Assembly: GCA_036675815.1 (NCBI GenBank)
Contig: JAKFEE010000021.1
Coordinates: 278,328-342,327 of the forward strand
Direction: 5' to 3'
Source of the DNA: Rhodospirillaceae bacterium
Lineage (GTDB): Bacteria; Pseudomonadota; Alphaproteobacteria; Rhodospirillales; Magnetospirillaceae
DNA: 64,000 bases
Position numbers and translations under genes: made by a program. Positions 1 to 10,314 of the stretch are shown here, piece after piece. The notes under the pieces were generated by a model. It made no database searches, was not told the DNA's origin, and saw only the letters and a program-made list of their open reading frames with translations. How positions within the stretch are numbered: the first letter of the stretch is position 1; each line of letters opens with the position of its first letter.

Positions 1-675
1 TGGGCCGCAAGCTATCCCGAGCGGGTGTTCGCGGCGGTGCCCATCGCCGGCGCCGCGCGGCACTCGGCCCAGAACATCGCCTTCCATGAGGTCGGGCGCC
101 AGGCCATCATCGCCGACCCCGATTGGTGCAACGGCGAATACCTGCTCTGCGGCAAGCATCCGCATCGCGGCTTGGCGGTGGCGCGCATGGCCGCCCACAT
201 CACCTACCTGTCGGAATCGGCGCTGCACCGCAAGTTCGGGCGCAATCTCCAGGATCGTGAGGCCTTCGCCTACGGCTTCGACGCCGATTTCCAAGTCGAG
301 AGCTATCTGCGCCACCAGGGCTCGACCTTCGTCGAGCGCTTCGACGCCAACTCCTATCTCTACATAACCCGCGCCATGGACTATTTCGACCTGGCGGCAG
401 AGAACGGCGGCGTGCTGGCCAATGCCTTCCGTGGCACCAAGACCCGGTTCTGCGTGATCTCGTTCTCGAGCGATTGGCTGTTCCCCACCCCCGAGAGCCG
501 CATGGTCGTGCATGCCCTGAACGCGGTCGCCGCCAATGTCAGCTTCGTCGAGGTGGTCTCGGACAAGGGGCACGATGCCTTCCTGTTGGACGAGCCGGAG
601 TTTCACGCGACGCTGTCGGGCTTCCTCAACGGCGCCGCCGAACGCCGCGGATTGGCGCGCAAGGTGGGGGCATGA
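1..675 (+). CDS. metX: homoserine O-acetyltransferase, C-terminal part (5' end lies outside the window)
   Basis: The frame is open from nt 1. The translation ([48 protein letters not shown]) matches the MetX alpha/beta-hydrolase family, and metW follows immediately. Confidence 0.85.
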   Translation, partial: WAASYPERVFAAVPIAGAARHSAQNIAFHEVGRQAIIADPDWCNGEYLLCGKHPHRGLAVARMAAHITYLSESALHRKFGRNLQDREAFAYGFDADFQVESYLRHQGSTFVERFDANSYLYITRAMDYFDLAAENGGVLANAFRGTKTRFCVISFSSDWLFPTPESRMVVHALNAVAANVSFVEVVSDKGHDAFLLDEPEFHATLSGFLNGAAERRGLARKVGA

Positions 676-1307
676 ACCTGCGCGACCTCGACCGCTCGAT
701 GCGCATCGATCTGCAGTTGATCGCCGACATGGTCGAACCGTCGACGCGCGTGCTCGACGTCGGTTGCGGTGACGGCACCCTGCTCGCCCATCTCGACCGC
801 TACAAGAACGTCGACGGGCGCGGCATCGAGCTGTCGATGGAGGGCGTGAGCGCCGCCGTCAGCCACGGGCTGTCGGTCATCCAGGGCGACGCCGACACCG
901 ACCTCAAGGACTATCCGTCGGGCGCGTTCGATTACGTGATCCTCAGCCAGACGCTGCAGGCGACCTACGACCCCAGGGGCGTCGTCGAGCACATGCTGCG
1001 CATCGGCCGCCACGCCATCGTCTCCTTCCCCAATTTCGGCCACTGGACCATCCGCTGGCAGCTGGCGGCGCTCGGCCGCATGCCGGTGACCGAGAACCTG
1101 TGGTCGCAGTGGTACGACACACCCAACATCCACCTGTGCACGATCAAGGATTTCGTGACGCTGTGCGGCAAGCTGGGCATCACCATCGAAAGGGGCGTCA
1201 CCCTGAACGCCCGCGGCCGCGTCATGCCCTATGCCGCCCACGGCCTGCTCGCCAACCTGTTCGGCGAACAGGCGGTGTTCATGCTGAGCCGGTCGCAGGC
1301 CCCTTGA
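672..1307 (+). CDS. metW: methionine biosynthesis protein MetW
   Basis: Internal ATG at 672 overlaps the metX stop (ATGA). [33 protein letters not shown] is the typical MetW N-terminus with a SAM-binding GxGxG. Confidence 0.9.
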   Translation: MNLRDLDRSMRIDLQLIADMVEPSTRVLDVGCGDGTLLAHLDRYKNVDGRGIELSMEGVSAAVSHGLSVIQGDADTDLKDYPSGAFDYVILSQTLQATYDPRGVVEHMLRIGRHAIVSFPNFGHWTIRWQLAALGRMPVTENLWSQWYDTPNIHLCTIKDFVTLCGKLGITIERGVTLNARGRVMPYAAHGLLANLFGEQAVFMLSRSQAP

Positions 1308-1318
1308 CCCTGCGGACC

Positions 1319-1333
1319 GGAGCGCGGAGCTCC
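1319..1333. repeat. truncated copy or remnant of the REP consensus (ggagcgcggagctcc) forming a short hairpin between convergent genes
   Basis: 15 nt identical to the 5' half of the extended REP consensus seen at 58052 and 58675. The local palindrome is cggagc-N5-gctccg. Confidence 0.4.
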
Positions 1334-1351
1334 GATCACATCACCTGGACC

Positions 1352-2152
1352 TTAGTCGCCGGCTTGGTCGCGCCTGGCGGTCATCCCCCGCAGCCCTTGC
1401 GGCAGGGCGACATAGCCGCGGTTTTTCGCCGGTTTCAGGCGCATGGGCGTGCCGGCATAGATCTGCTTGGCGGCCTCGACGATCAGCACCCCGGCCAGTG
1501 GCGGAAACAGCCGCGCCCCCACCTGCTCCCAGGCCGGTGCCGACTTCAGCAGCACCCGCGAGCGCGCCGGCGGCACGTAGAGGGCCGCTTGGCTTTGCAA
1601 CGGCGTGAACATGCAATCGCGCAGCAGCCGCGATAGCTGACTGGGCGCGTAGGGCCGGCCACAGCCGAACGGCGTGCGCTCGAGACGAGCCCAGATGCCG
1701 CGGCGATTGGGCACCACCACCACCAGACGGCCGCCGTCGGCGAGCACCCGCCACACCTCGCGCATCATCGGCCGCACCTGCTCGGCGGATTCGAGCGCGT
1801 GCACGATGAGCAGGCGGTCGATGGAGCGGTCGGGGAGCGGCAGTTCGACCTCGTCGGCCAGGGCCACGGCATTGGGCGCCTCGCGCGGCCAGGCGAGCAC
1901 GCCCTGCGATGCCGGCATAACGGCGATCACCCGCTCGGCCTCCTCGACGAAGGGGCGCAGATAAGGGGTGGCGAAGCCCAGGCCAAGCACCCGCATGCCG
2001 CTGACGTCGGGCCAGATCACGCGCAGCCGGCGGCGGACGATGCGCTGGGCCACCTGCCCGAGGCTCGAGGCATAGAAGTCCCTGAGGTCGACAACGTCGG
2101 TCCAGTTGCCGGCCGTGCCGAGATCGGGGCCCTGCAGGAACAGCTCGCGCAA
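1352..2152 (-). CDS. class I SAM-dependent methyltransferase
   Basis: 266-aa ORF with a VLGLGFATPYL..methyltransferase-type fold, divergent from gloB. The first codon is TTG, so the start is uncertain. Confidence 0.7.
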   Translation of the reverse strand: MRELFLQGPDLGTAGNWTDVVDLRDFYASSLGQVAQRIVRRRLRVIWPDVSGMRVLGLGFATPYLRPFVEEAERVIAVMPASQGVLAWPREAPNAVALADEVELPLPDRSIDRLLIVHALESAEQVRPMMREVWRVLADGGRLVVVVPNRRGIWARLERTPFGCGRPYAPSQLSRLLRDCMFTPLQSQAALYVPPARSRVLLKSAPAWEQVGARLFPPLAGVLIVEAAKQIYAGTPMRLKPAKNRGYVALPQGLRGMTARRDQAGD

Positions 2153-2278
2153 CGCGCCGTCCTTCGAAGAAATTTCCGGTCAAGAATCAATGGGGCGGAC
2201 GGCCGCCGGCCGCAAGGAAAACATCATGGCCTGCCCGCCGCATGGTGTTAGGCTGACGCCGACCAACGGAGGACAGGC

Positions 2279-3049
2279 ATGTCGAAGCTCGTCGTCGAAC
2301 AGATCCCGGTTCTGAACGACAACTACATCTATGTGCTGCATGAACCGAGCACCGGCTGCACCGCCGCCGTCGACCCGGCCGTGCCCGAGCCGGTATCGGC
2401 GCTGCTTGCCGCCAAGGGCTGGCGCCTGACGCATATCCTCAACACCCACCACCACGGCGATCACACCGGCGGGAACCTGACCCTCAAACGCGATACCGGC
2501 TGCACGATCGTCGGCGCGCGCGCCGACGCCGCCCGTATTCCCGGCATCGACGTCGAGGTCGGCGAAGGCGACGCCTTCATGCTGGGCGCTGCGGCGGCGG
2601 CGGTCATGGACGTGCCGGGCCACACCGCGGGCCACATCGCCTACTGGTTTCCAGACAGCCGTGCCCTGTTCTGCGGTGACACCCTTTTTGCCCTGGGCTG
2701 CGGGCGGTTGTTCGAGGGCAGCCCCGAGCAGATGTGGCGTTCGTTGGACAAGCTGCGCGGCCTGCCCGGCGAGACGCTGGTGTACTGCGCCCACGAATAC
2801 ACCCAGGCCAATGCCCGCTTCGCCCGCACCGTCGAGCGCGACAATCCGTTGCTGCTCGACCGCATACACCGGATCGACGCGCTGCGCGGCCGGGGCATGC
2901 CGACCGTGCCGAGCCGGCTGGACGAGGAAAAGGACACCAATCCGTTCCTGCGCGCCGACCTCGACAGCCTCCAGCGGGCGGTCGGCCTACCCGGGGCCGC
3001 GGCCGACCAGGTGTTTGCCGAGGTGCGCCGGCGCAAGGATGCCTTCTAA
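2279..3049 (+). CDS. gloB: hydroxyacylglutathione hydrolase (glyoxalase II)
   Basis: IPVLNDNYIYVLHE..NTHHHGDHTGGN metallo-beta-lactamase motif. A GGAGGA ribosome-binding site (RBS) lies upstream of ATG 2279. Confidence 0.92.
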   Translation: MSKLVVEQIPVLNDNYIYVLHEPSTGCTAAVDPAVPEPVSALLAAKGWRLTHILNTHHHGDHTGGNLTLKRDTGCTIVGARADAARIPGIDVEVGEGDAFMLGAAAAAVMDVPGHTAGHIAYWFPDSRALFCGDTLFALGCGRLFEGSPEQMWRSLDKLRGLPGETLVYCAHEYTQANARFARTVERDNPLLLDRIHRIDALRGRGMPTVPSRLDEEKDTNPFLRADLDSLQRAVGLPGAAADQVFAEVRRRKDAF

Positions 3050-3121
3050 GGCGCAAACGCCCGAAGTCCCTTTGGCACGCCTGCGCAAGGTGACTAACCG
3101 CGTGCTGCAAAACCGTCCGCG

Positions 3122-3337
3122 TTAGCGCTGGGAATGCTCACGCTGTGACCCGGATTTATCTCCAGCTTCTCCATCTTCCCGTTCGGGCGTGTCGAAGCTG
3201 ATCGCAACCGGATCGCTGGCAGGGAAGGTTTCCCTGAGCGCTTCGTCGAGAAGGGCGTTGACTTCGTCCATGTCGGCTGGGTCCATGTCGGCCGGCTGGC
3301 CACAAGAGGTCGCGTGGGGTTTCTTTCTCGTCGGCAT
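3122..3337 (-). CDS. small acidic hypothetical protein (FPASDP motif)
   Basis: 71-aa ORF with a GGAGG RBS just upstream. The ..EALRETFPASDPVAI.. motif recurs in small alphaproteobacterial proteins of unknown function. Confidence 0.5.
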   Translation of the reverse strand: MPTRKKPHATSCGQPADMDPADMDEVNALLDEALRETFPASDPVAISFDTPEREDGEAGDKSGSQREHSQR

Positions 3338-3559
3338 ACTCTACCTCCGTACGGCAAGTTCATTTACGTAGCACCGCGCCAAGTCACGATAGCCCAACGA
3401 GTTAATGCATATATCGCGGCAAATACGGCAAATGGGTAACTTAATATACTGCCAAGTAAAGATACTTATACTCAAAATGTCCAATAGCAGGAACTCTAGT
3501 GCGATCCTGCCTGTTGACTCGGCCATGCGCCATGTTCATAGGCTAATTTGGACGATGTA

Positions 3560-4417
3560 ATGCCGAAAGCAAATTCTATAATCATCAAATCATCAGACGA
3601 GGTGCCCAGCGCTACGCTGTTGAAGCGCTTCCCCATACCCAAAAACTTCGGCGTCGCACCGGGGTCGCGTATCGAGCGTGGGCGAACATGGCCCGCGCCA
3701 GAAGGCGCAAGCCGGATCAAGACATTCGAAATTTACCGCTATGATCCGGACAGCGGTGACAATCCACGCCTCGACACGTTCACGGTCGATCTTGACGATT
3801 GCGGCCCGATGGTTCTGGACGCTCTGATCTGGATCAAGAACAACATCGATTCCACGCTGACCTTCCGCCGCTCCTGCCGGGAAGGCATTTGCGGCTCCTG
3901 CGCCATGAACATAGACGGCACCAATTGGCTGGCCTGCATAAGGTTCATCGAGGAGACGGATGCGCCCGCGAGGATCTACCCGTTGGCGAACATGGCGGTG
4001 ATCAAGGATCTCGTTGCCGATCTCACTCATGCCTTTTCGCAATACGAAATGATCGAGCCTTGGCTCCAATCGAAGACGCCCGCGCCGGACCGGGAACGGC
4101 TACAGGCCCCGGAGGACCGCGATAAGCTCAACGGCTACTATGAATGCATCCTTTGTTTTTGCTGCACCTCGGGGTGCCCGAGCCACTGGTGGAACGGCGA
4201 CCGGTTCCTCGGCCCCGCCGCCCTTCTGCAAGCCTGGCGCTGGCTGACGGACAGCCGCGACGAGGCGACGGGCGAGCGGCTCGACAAACTGGAAGACCCG
4301 TTCCGGCTTTACCGTTGCCATACCATCCTGAACTGCACACGCACCTGCCCCAAGGGCCTGAATCCCGGCAAGGCCATCGCCGAGATCAAGAAAATGATCA
4401 TCGAGCGCCGAAGCTGA
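3560..4417 (+). CDS. sdhB: succinate dehydrogenase / fumarate reductase iron-sulfur subunit
   Basis: [40 protein letters not shown] (2Fe-2S); [12 protein letters not shown] (4Fe-4S); [17 protein letters not shown] (3Fe-4S). The track ORF starts with TTG at 3548, the first ATG is at 3560, and a GTG at 3602 is also possible. Confidence 0.88.
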   Translation: MPKANSIIIKSSDEVPSATLLKRFPIPKNFGVAPGSRIERGRTWPAPEGASRIKTFEIYRYDPDSGDNPRLDTFTVDLDDCGPMVLDALIWIKNNIDSTLTFRRSCREGICGSCAMNIDGTNWLACIRFIEETDAPARIYPLANMAVIKDLVADLTHAFSQYEMIEPWLQSKTPAPDRERLQAPEDRDKLNGYYECILCFCCTSGCPSHWWNGDRFLGPAALLQAWRWLTDSRDEATGERLDKLEDPFRLYRCHTILNCTRTCPKGLNPGKAIAEIKKMIIERRS

Positions 4418-4442
4418 GCGGAGAAAGGAGCGGCAACCCACC

Positions 4443-4850
4443 ATGGAACCTATTACGGGCAAGCACGCGCGACCGCTCTCGCCGAACATCCAGATATACA
4501 GGCCGCAGCTTACCTCAGTGCTCTCCATAGCCAATCGGCTCACCGGAGTCTTCCTCAGCATCTGCGCCATGGTTCTGGTCGCCTGGCTCGTAGCGGCAGC
4601 CGCCGGACCCGAGTCCTATTCCGCCTTCCAGGGCCTGACCGGATCGTGGGCCGGACAGATTTTGCTCCTGGGCGGCACCTTTGCCTTTTTCCTGCATCTT
4701 TGCGGCGGCATCCGGCATCTGCTCTGGGATACGGTTCATGGTTTCGAGTTGCGCCAGATATACACCTCCGGCTGGATCGTGGTCGCCGCAAGTGTGGTGC
4801 TCACCTTGGCGGCTTGGATCGCGGGCCTGACGATGGCGGGGCCGAGCTGA
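4443..4850 (+). CDS. sdhC: succinate dehydrogenase cytochrome b556 subunit
   Basis: RPLSPNIQIYRPQLTSVLSIANRLTG is the SdhC signature. There are three hydrophobic helices and an AAAGGAG RBS. Confidence 0.85.
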   Translation: MEPITGKHARPLSPNIQIYRPQLTSVLSIANRLTGVFLSICAMVLVAWLVAAAAGPESYSAFQGLTGSWAGQILLLGGTFAFFLHLCGGIRHLLWDTVHGFELRQIYTSGWIVVAASVVLTLAAWIAGLTMAGPS

Positions 4851-5296
4851 TGGGTCGGTACCGTTTTCGTTCGCCGCTGGGCCGCGCCACCGGCCTCGGC
4901 ACCGCCAAGGCCGGCGCCGGGCACTGGTGGGCAGAGCGCGTGACGGCGGTGGCGCTCGTACCTTTGACGATGTGGTTCGCCGCGTCGATCATCGCACATG
5001 GCGGCAGTGATCATATGACGTTCACGGGCTGGCTGGGCTCCCCCGTGCCGGCGGGCTTGATGATCCTACTGCTGATCGTGCTTTTCTGGCATACGGAGCT
5101 AGGGCTCCAGGTGGTGATCGAGGACTATGTCCACTCCGGAGCGAAGTTCCCTGCACTGATCGTGATGCGCTTTGTGTGTTTCGCTCTGGCGCTCGCTGGA
5201 ATTCTGGCGACGCTGCGGATTGCCGTCGGCGGCTGGGCAGCCGCCCCAAGCCTTTCGATGGCCTCCTTGCTGATGCAGCCTTCTTCGATGGCTTAG
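4850..5296 (+). CDS. sdhD: succinate dehydrogenase hydrophobic membrane anchor subunit
   Basis: ATG at 4850 overlaps the sdhC stop. GLGTAKAGAGHWWAERVTAVALVPL..HTELGLQVVIEDYVH is typical of SdhD. It is about 20 aa longer at the C-terminus than usual. Confidence 0.8.
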   Translation: MGRYRFRSPLGRATGLGTAKAGAGHWWAERVTAVALVPLTMWFAASIIAHGGSDHMTFTGWLGSPVPAGLMILLLIVLFWHTELGLQVVIEDYVHSGAKFPALIVMRFVCFALALAGILATLRIAVGGWAAAPSLSMASLLMQPSSMA

Positions 5297-6015
5297 TTGG
5301 GAAGCAGCGGCTTGCCCGCCCGCCGCTTGGCCTCGATCTCGGCGACGATCTGCCGCAGGGCGACGTAGCGCTCGGCGGTGCCGGGGTGGGTGTCGCTGCC
5401 GGCGATGATGTGCGGCTGCACCGCGCCCATCCGGCGCCACAGCGTCACCGCCCGCCGGACATCATAGCCGGCGCGCGCCACCAGATAGAGGCCGACGTAA
5501 TCGGCATGCCGTTCGTCATCGCGCTCGATGCCGTCATGGAAGGCCGAATTGAGCCGTTCGAGAAGGTCACGCCGCGTATGGCCGAGGACGACGTGGGCCA
5601 GTTCGTGGCCCAGCACCAAGGCCAACTGGCTGTCGTCGACGGCGAGATCGATCATCGCGCGCGAAATGCGGATACGGCGCGAATCGGCATGGGCGTTGAG
5701 GCCCTGGCCGTCATCGAGCACGACGGGCAGCCGGCAATCGGCGGCGGGGCAAAACGGCACCGCCGCCTCGAACAGCCGGTAGACGACGGGTTTGACGCGG
5801 GCGCCGCGGTCGGCATCGGTGAGCACCTCGCCGTTCTGCATCTGCCGCAGACGCTCGGGCAAGCCGCCGTTGAATTGCGTCGCCAGGGCAGTCTGCGCCG
5901 CGGCCTCGCGCGCCGCACGGCCGGCATCGACCAGGGGCAAGAACCGGGACGGCTGCGCGCATGCCGAAAGGGCCAGCGCCACTCCCACCATCAGGATAAT
6001 CATGCGAAGCTGCAA
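5293..6015 (-). CDS. M48-family zinc metallopeptidase, lipoprotein
   Basis: Signal peptide with a lipobox (LALSAC) and a HELAHVVLGH zinc motif. The 3' end overlaps sdhD by 4 nt (convergent). Confidence 0.8.
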   Translation of the reverse strand: MQLRMIILMVGVALALSACAQPSRFLPLVDAGRAAREAAAQTALATQFNGGLPERLRQMQNGEVLTDADRGARVKPVVYRLFEAAVPFCPAADCRLPVVLDDGQGLNAHADSRRIRISRAMIDLAVDDSQLALVLGHELAHVVLGHTRRDLLERLNSAFHDGIERDDERHADYVGLYLVARAGYDVRRAVTLWRRMGAVQPHIIAGSDTHPGTAERYVALRQIVAEIEAKRRAGKPLLPN

Positions 6016-6116
6016 CGGGACGACTCCTGCCTGAACAGGGCGGCTTGACGCCGCCTTCGCGGTATGTCTATGCCAACGGAATTAGATGCTTATCCCTAAC
6101 AAAGTAAGAACAAAGA

Positions 6117-7154
6117 GTGAGACTCGACCAATTCGACTTTGACCTACCTCGAAATTGCATCGCGGAGCGCCCGGCGGTGCCGCGCGACGCCGCGCGCCTG
6201 CTGGTGCCGGGCGAGGCCGTGATGGACCTGGGCGTGCGCGACCTGCCCCATCTGCTGCGCGCGGGCGACGTGATGGTGTTCAACGACACCCGCGTGCTGC
6301 CGGCACGGCTGAAGGGGCACCGCGGCACGGCCGCCGTCGAGGTCACCTTGCACGAGCAATACGGCATCGACCGCTGGCGTGCCTTCGCCCGGCCGGCGAA
6401 GAAACTCAAGGCCGGCGACGTCATCGTCTTTGCCGACGACTTCTCGGCCGAGGTCGAGGGCAAGGGTGATGGTGGCGAGGTGGCGCTGCGCTTCTCGGCC
6501 GCCGGGCCGGACCTGGTGGCGGCGCTGGAGCGATACGGCTCGCTACCGCTGCCGCCCTATATTCGCCGTGCGCACGGGGCGGACGCGAGGGACCGAGAGG
6601 ATTACCAGACGGTATTCGCCCGTCACGAGGGTGCCGTCGCCGCGCCGACGGCAGGCCTGCATTTCACGCCGGAGCTGCTGGCGGCCATCGACGCCCGCGG
6701 CGTGCGGCGCGTCCACGTCACCCTGCATGTCGGCGCCGGAACGTTCCTGCCGGTCAAGGTCGCCGACACCCGCGATCACAAGATGCATGCCGAGCACGGC
6801 GTCGTCAGCGCGGAGGCGGCTGCGGCCATCAATCAGGCCCGCGCCCGCGGCGGTCGCGTCGTCGCCGTCGGCACCACCAGCCTGCGCCTGCTGGAAAGCG
6901 CCGCCCGCGAGGACGGCACGGTACGGCCGTTCGCCGGCAGCACCGACATCTTCATTACCCCCGGCTATCGCTTTCGTGTGGTCGACCTCCTCATGACCAA
7001 TTTCCACCTGCCGCGGTCGACGCTGTTCATGCTGGTGTGCGCCTTCGCCGGCCTCGAGCGCATGCACGCCGCCTATCGCCACGCCATCGCCAGCGGCTAT
7101 CGCTTCTATTCCTACGGCGATGCCTGCCTGCTGCACCGGGAGTATGCGCCATGA
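6117..7154 (+). CDS. queA: S-adenosylmethionine:tRNA ribosyltransferase-isomerase
   Basis: (M)[21 protein letters not shown]-terminus and full-length QueA-like sequence. GTG start at 6117. Confidence 0.92.
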   Translation: MRLDQFDFDLPRNCIAERPAVPRDAARLLVPGEAVMDLGVRDLPHLLRAGDVMVFNDTRVLPARLKGHRGTAAVEVTLHEQYGIDRWRAFARPAKKLKAGDVIVFADDFSAEVEGKGDGGEVALRFSAAGPDLVAALERYGSLPLPPYIRRAHGADARDREDYQTVFARHEGAVAAPTAGLHFTPELLAAIDARGVRRVHVTLHVGAGTFLPVKVADTRDHKMHAEHGVVSAEAAAAINQARARGGRVVAVGTTSLRLLESAAREDGTVRPFAGSTDIFITPGYRFRVVDLLMTNFHLPRSTLFMLVCAFAGLERMHAAYRHAIASGYRFYSYGDACLLHREYAP

Positions 7155-8278
7155 CCGCCTTTCGCTTCGAGATCCGCGGCCGCGACGGCGCCGCCCGTGT
7201 CGGCGAGGTGCACACGGCGCATGGCGTCGTGCGCACGCCGGCGTTCATGCCGGTGGGCACCGTGGCCACGGTCAAGGCCATGCATCCCGACGACGTCGCC
7301 GCCACCGGCGCCGACATCATCCTGGGCAACACCTATCACCTCATGCTGCGCCCCGGCGCCGAGCGCGTCGACCGGCTGGGCGGCCTGCACCGCTTCATGG
7401 GCTGGCCCGGCCCCATCCTCACCGATTCCGGCGGCTTCCAGGTCATGAGCCTGTCGAAGCTGCGCAAGATCGACGCCGATGGCGTCACCTTCCAGTCGCA
7501 TCTCGATGGCAGTTCGCACCGGCTGACGCCCGAGCGCTCGATGGAGATCCAGCATCTGCTCGACGCCGACATCACCATGTGCTTCGACGAATGCACGCCC
7601 TTCCCGGCGGCGCCGGAGGTCGCGGCGGAGTCGATGCGCCTATCGATGCGCTGGGCCCAGCGCTCGAAGGACGCCTTCGTCGCACGCCCCGGCTATGGCC
7701 TGTTCGGCATCGTCCAGGGCGGCGTCTATCCCGAGCTGCGCCAGGAATCGGCCGAGGCGCTGCAGGCCGTCGGCTTCGACGGCTACGCCATCGGCGGCCT
7801 CGCCGTCGGCGAGGGCCAGGAGGCGATGTTCGCCACCCTCGACGCCACCACGCCGCTGCTGCCGGACGATCGACCGCGCTACCTGATGGGGGTCGGCACG
7901 CCCGACGACATCGTCGGCGCGGTCTTGCGCGGCGTCGACATGTTCGACTGTGTCATGCCGACGCGCTCGGGCCGCACGGCCAAGGCGTTCACCCGCCGCG
8001 GCTCGGTCAATGTGCGCAACGCCCGCCACATGGACGATCCGCGGCCGCTGGACGACGAATGCGCCTGCCCGGCTTGCAGCAAATACAGCCGCGCCTATCT
8101 ACATCACCTCTTCCGCGCCGAGGAGATGCTGGGGCCGATGCTGCTGACCTGGCATAATCTGCAGTATTACCAGGATCTGATGCGCGGTCTGCGCCACGCC
8201 ATCGCCGAAGGCCAACTGGCGGGCTTCGTTGCCGGTTTCATCGCCGATCAGGCCTTCGGCGACGTTTCGCCGCTTTAG
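7151..8278 (+). CDS. tgt: queuine tRNA-ribosyltransferase
   Basis: ATG 7151 overlaps the queA stop (ATGA). [30 protein letters not shown] and the C-terminal Zn site CxCxxC are present. Confidence 0.93.
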   Translation: MTAFRFEIRGRDGAARVGEVHTAHGVVRTPAFMPVGTVATVKAMHPDDVAATGADIILGNTYHLMLRPGAERVDRLGGLHRFMGWPGPILTDSGGFQVMSLSKLRKIDADGVTFQSHLDGSSHRLTPERSMEIQHLLDADITMCFDECTPFPAAPEVAAESMRLSMRWAQRSKDAFVARPGYGLFGIVQGGVYPELRQESAEALQAVGFDGYAIGGLAVGEGQEAMFATLDATTPLLPDDRPRYLMGVGTPDDIVGAVLRGVDMFDCVMPTRSGRTAKAFTRRGSVNVRNARHMDDPRPLDDECACPACSKYSRAYLHHLFRAEEMLGPMLLTWHNLQYYQDLMRGLRHAIAEGQLAGFVAGFIADQAFGDVSPL

Positions 8279-8289
8279 GATCAGGACGT

Positions 8290-8754
8290 ATGAGCGAATC
8301 GATCTATCACAGCCTCACCCAGCTCGGCGGCGCCGCCGACCTGCCCGACAGCCCCGACAAGGCGGTGCTGGAGGCGGTGGCCAACCCGCATCCGGGGACG
8401 CTTTACCTGGTGCGCTTCGCCGCGCCGGAGTTCACCTCGCTGTGCCCGATCACCGGCCAGCCAGACTTCGCCCATCTGGTGATCGACTATGTGCCCGACG
8501 GCCTGCTGGTCGAGAGCAAGTCGCTGAAGCTGTTCCTGGGCGCGTTCCGCAACCATGGCGGCTTCCATGAGGATTGCACCCTGGCCATCGCCAAGCGGCT
8601 GGTGGACGCCATCGAGCCGCGCTGGCTGCGCATCGGCGGCTATTGGTATCCGCGCGGCGGCATCCCCATCGACGTGTTCTGGCAGACTGGCACACCGCCA
8701 GAGGGGCTGTGGCTGCCCGAGCAAGGGGTCGCCCCCTATCGCGGGCGCGGCTGA
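8290..8754 (+). CDS. queF: NADPH-dependent 7-cyano-7-deazaguanine (preQ0) reductase
   Basis: 154 aa with [14 protein letters not shown] (QueF catalytic Cys motif), the type I short form. Confidence 0.92.
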   Translation: MSESIYHSLTQLGGAADLPDSPDKAVLEAVANPHPGTLYLVRFAAPEFTSLCPITGQPDFAHLVIDYVPDGLLVESKSLKLFLGAFRNHGGFHEDCTLAIAKRLVDAIEPRWLRIGGYWYPRGGIPIDVFWQTGTPPEGLWLPEQGVAPYRGRG

Positions 8755-8756
8755 GG

Positions 8757-9866
8757 ATGCAGCCCGCGGCCATCAAGGAAGAACTGCGGAAACGCGCGGC
8801 ACAACTGGGATTCGACGAGTTGCGTATCGCCCGGGCGGTCGCCGACCCCGCCGTCGGCGCGCGCTTGGCTTCCTACCTGGCCGACGGCCGCCACGGCGAC
8901 ATGGGGTGGATGGCCGAGACGGCGGAGCGGCGCGCGGCGCCGACCGCGCTGTGGCCGGAGGCGCGCTCGGTCATCGTGCTGGGCAGCAGCTACGCGCCCG
9001 CGGTCGACCCGCTGGCGCTCAAGGACCAGCGGGACCGCGGCGTCGTCAGCGTCTATGCCCGTAACAAGGACTATCACGACACCGTCAAGAAACGGCTGAA
9101 GCAATTGGCGCGGTGGCTGGCCGAAAGCCAAGGCTGCGACGTCAAGGTGTTCGTCGACACCGCGCCGGTCATGGAAAAGCCGCTGGCGCAGCGCGCCGGC
9201 CTAGGCTGGCAGGGCAAGCACACCAATGTGGTGTCGCGGCGCTTCGGCTCATGGCTGTTCCTGGCCGAGATCTTCACGACCCTGGATCTGCCGGCCGATG
9301 CACCGCACGGCGACCAATGCGGGTCGTGCCGCCGCTGCCTCGATGCATGCCCGACGCGCGCCTTCACCGGCGCCGGCCAGATCGACGCCCGGCGCTGCAT
9401 CTCGTACTTGACCATCGAGCACAAGGGCCATATCGACGCCGAGCTGCGCCCCTTGATGGGCAACCGCATCTACGGGTGCGACGACTGCCTGGCGGCGTGC
9501 CCGTGGAACAAGTTCGCCGAGCCGCACCGCGAGCCCGACTACCTGCCTCGCGCCGAACTGCAGGCGCCGCGCCTGGGCGATCTCGTCGAGTTGGACGATA
9601 CGAGTTTCCGCGAAATCTTTTCGGGATCGCCGCTGAAGCGCGTCGGCCGCGACCGCTTCGTCCGCAACGTGCTGATCGCCATCGGCAACAGCGGCCAGCC
9701 CGCACTCGCCGTCAAGGCCGAGCGGTTGCTGGACGACACCTCGCCACTGGTGCGGGCCATGGCCGTGTGGGCGATACGACGGCTGGCGCCCGGTCGCGTC
9801 ACGGAATTACGGAACGAGCGGCGTCAGCACGAAACCGACGCCGCGGTCCTTGCGGAATGGGATTGA
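8757..9866 (+). CDS. queG: epoxyqueuosine reductase
   Basis: Internal ATG 8757, 3 nt after the queF stop. Two 4Fe-4S ferredoxin motifs (CGSCRRCLDACP, CDDCLAACPWN) and C-terminal HEAT-like repeats. Confidence 0.9.
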   Translation: MQPAAIKEELRKRAAQLGFDELRIARAVADPAVGARLASYLADGRHGDMGWMAETAERRAAPTALWPEARSVIVLGSSYAPAVDPLALKDQRDRGVVSVYARNKDYHDTVKKRLKQLARWLAESQGCDVKVFVDTAPVMEKPLAQRAGLGWQGKHTNVVSRRFGSWLFLAEIFTTLDLPADAPHGDQCGSCRRCLDACPTRAFTGAGQIDARRCISYLTIEHKGHIDAELRPLMGNRIYGCDDCLAACPWNKFAEPHREPDYLPRAELQAPRLGDLVELDDTSFREIFSGSPLKRVGRDRFVRNVLIAIGNSGQPALAVKAERLLDDTSPLVRAMAVWAIRRLAPGRVTELRNERRQHETDAAVLAEWD

Positions 9867-9867
9867 A

Positions 9868-10314
9868 TCAGCCGCCATCGGCCAGGGCCCGCGCCAGTTG
9901 GCTCAGCGCCTCCTGGTGTTTTTCGTTCGAGATTGACGAGAAGTTGCGCGCCAGTTCCAGACACATGCGCTGACGCTGCGTCAGGTCGGTGCTGCGCTGA
10001 TTGTCCAGGCCCTCGAAGAAGTAGCTCACCGGCACCCCCAGCACCTGGGCGATCTCGTACAGCCGGCCGGCCGAGATGCGGTTGATGCCGCGCTCGTACT
10101 TATGCGCCTGCTGATAGGTGACACCGATGAGGTCGGCCATCTGCTGCTGCGACAACCCCAGCATGATGCGCCGCTCACGAATGCGCGCACCGACATGGCG
10201 ATCGGTGTCGTTGGCGCGGTTGAGCGGCTTCGCCGCCTTGCTTTCGCTTCTGTCGATCATGGGCTGGTCGCTGCTCGGACCTTCGAACGGTGTGTCGTCG
10301 GGTGGGTGCGTCAT
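9868..10314 (-). CDS. XRE-family helix-turn-helix transcriptional regulator
   Basis: HTH_3 core GARIRERRIMLGLSQQQMADLIGVTYQQAHKYERGINRISAGRL. Internal ATG 10314 is preceded by GGGAAAGG, and the longer track ORF start is unlikely. Confidence 0.8.
   Translation of the reverse strand: MTHPPDDTPFEGPSSDQPMIDRSESKAAKPLNRANDTDRHVGARIRERRIMLGLSQQQMADLIGVTYQQAHKYERGINRISAGRLYEIAQVLGVPVSYFFEGLDNQRSTDLTQRQRMCLELARNFSSISNEKHQEALSQLARALADGG

Noticed and set aside
3341-3526. 61-aa ORF (minus strand) in the AT-rich spacer upstream of sdhB. It ends 3 nt before the 71-aa ORF, and its last codons supply that ORF's GGAGG.
   Set aside because: About 43% GC with codon usage foreign to this genome and no recognisable family. 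It is more simply explained as a promoter or regulatory spacer. The region is kept only within the sdhBCD finding.
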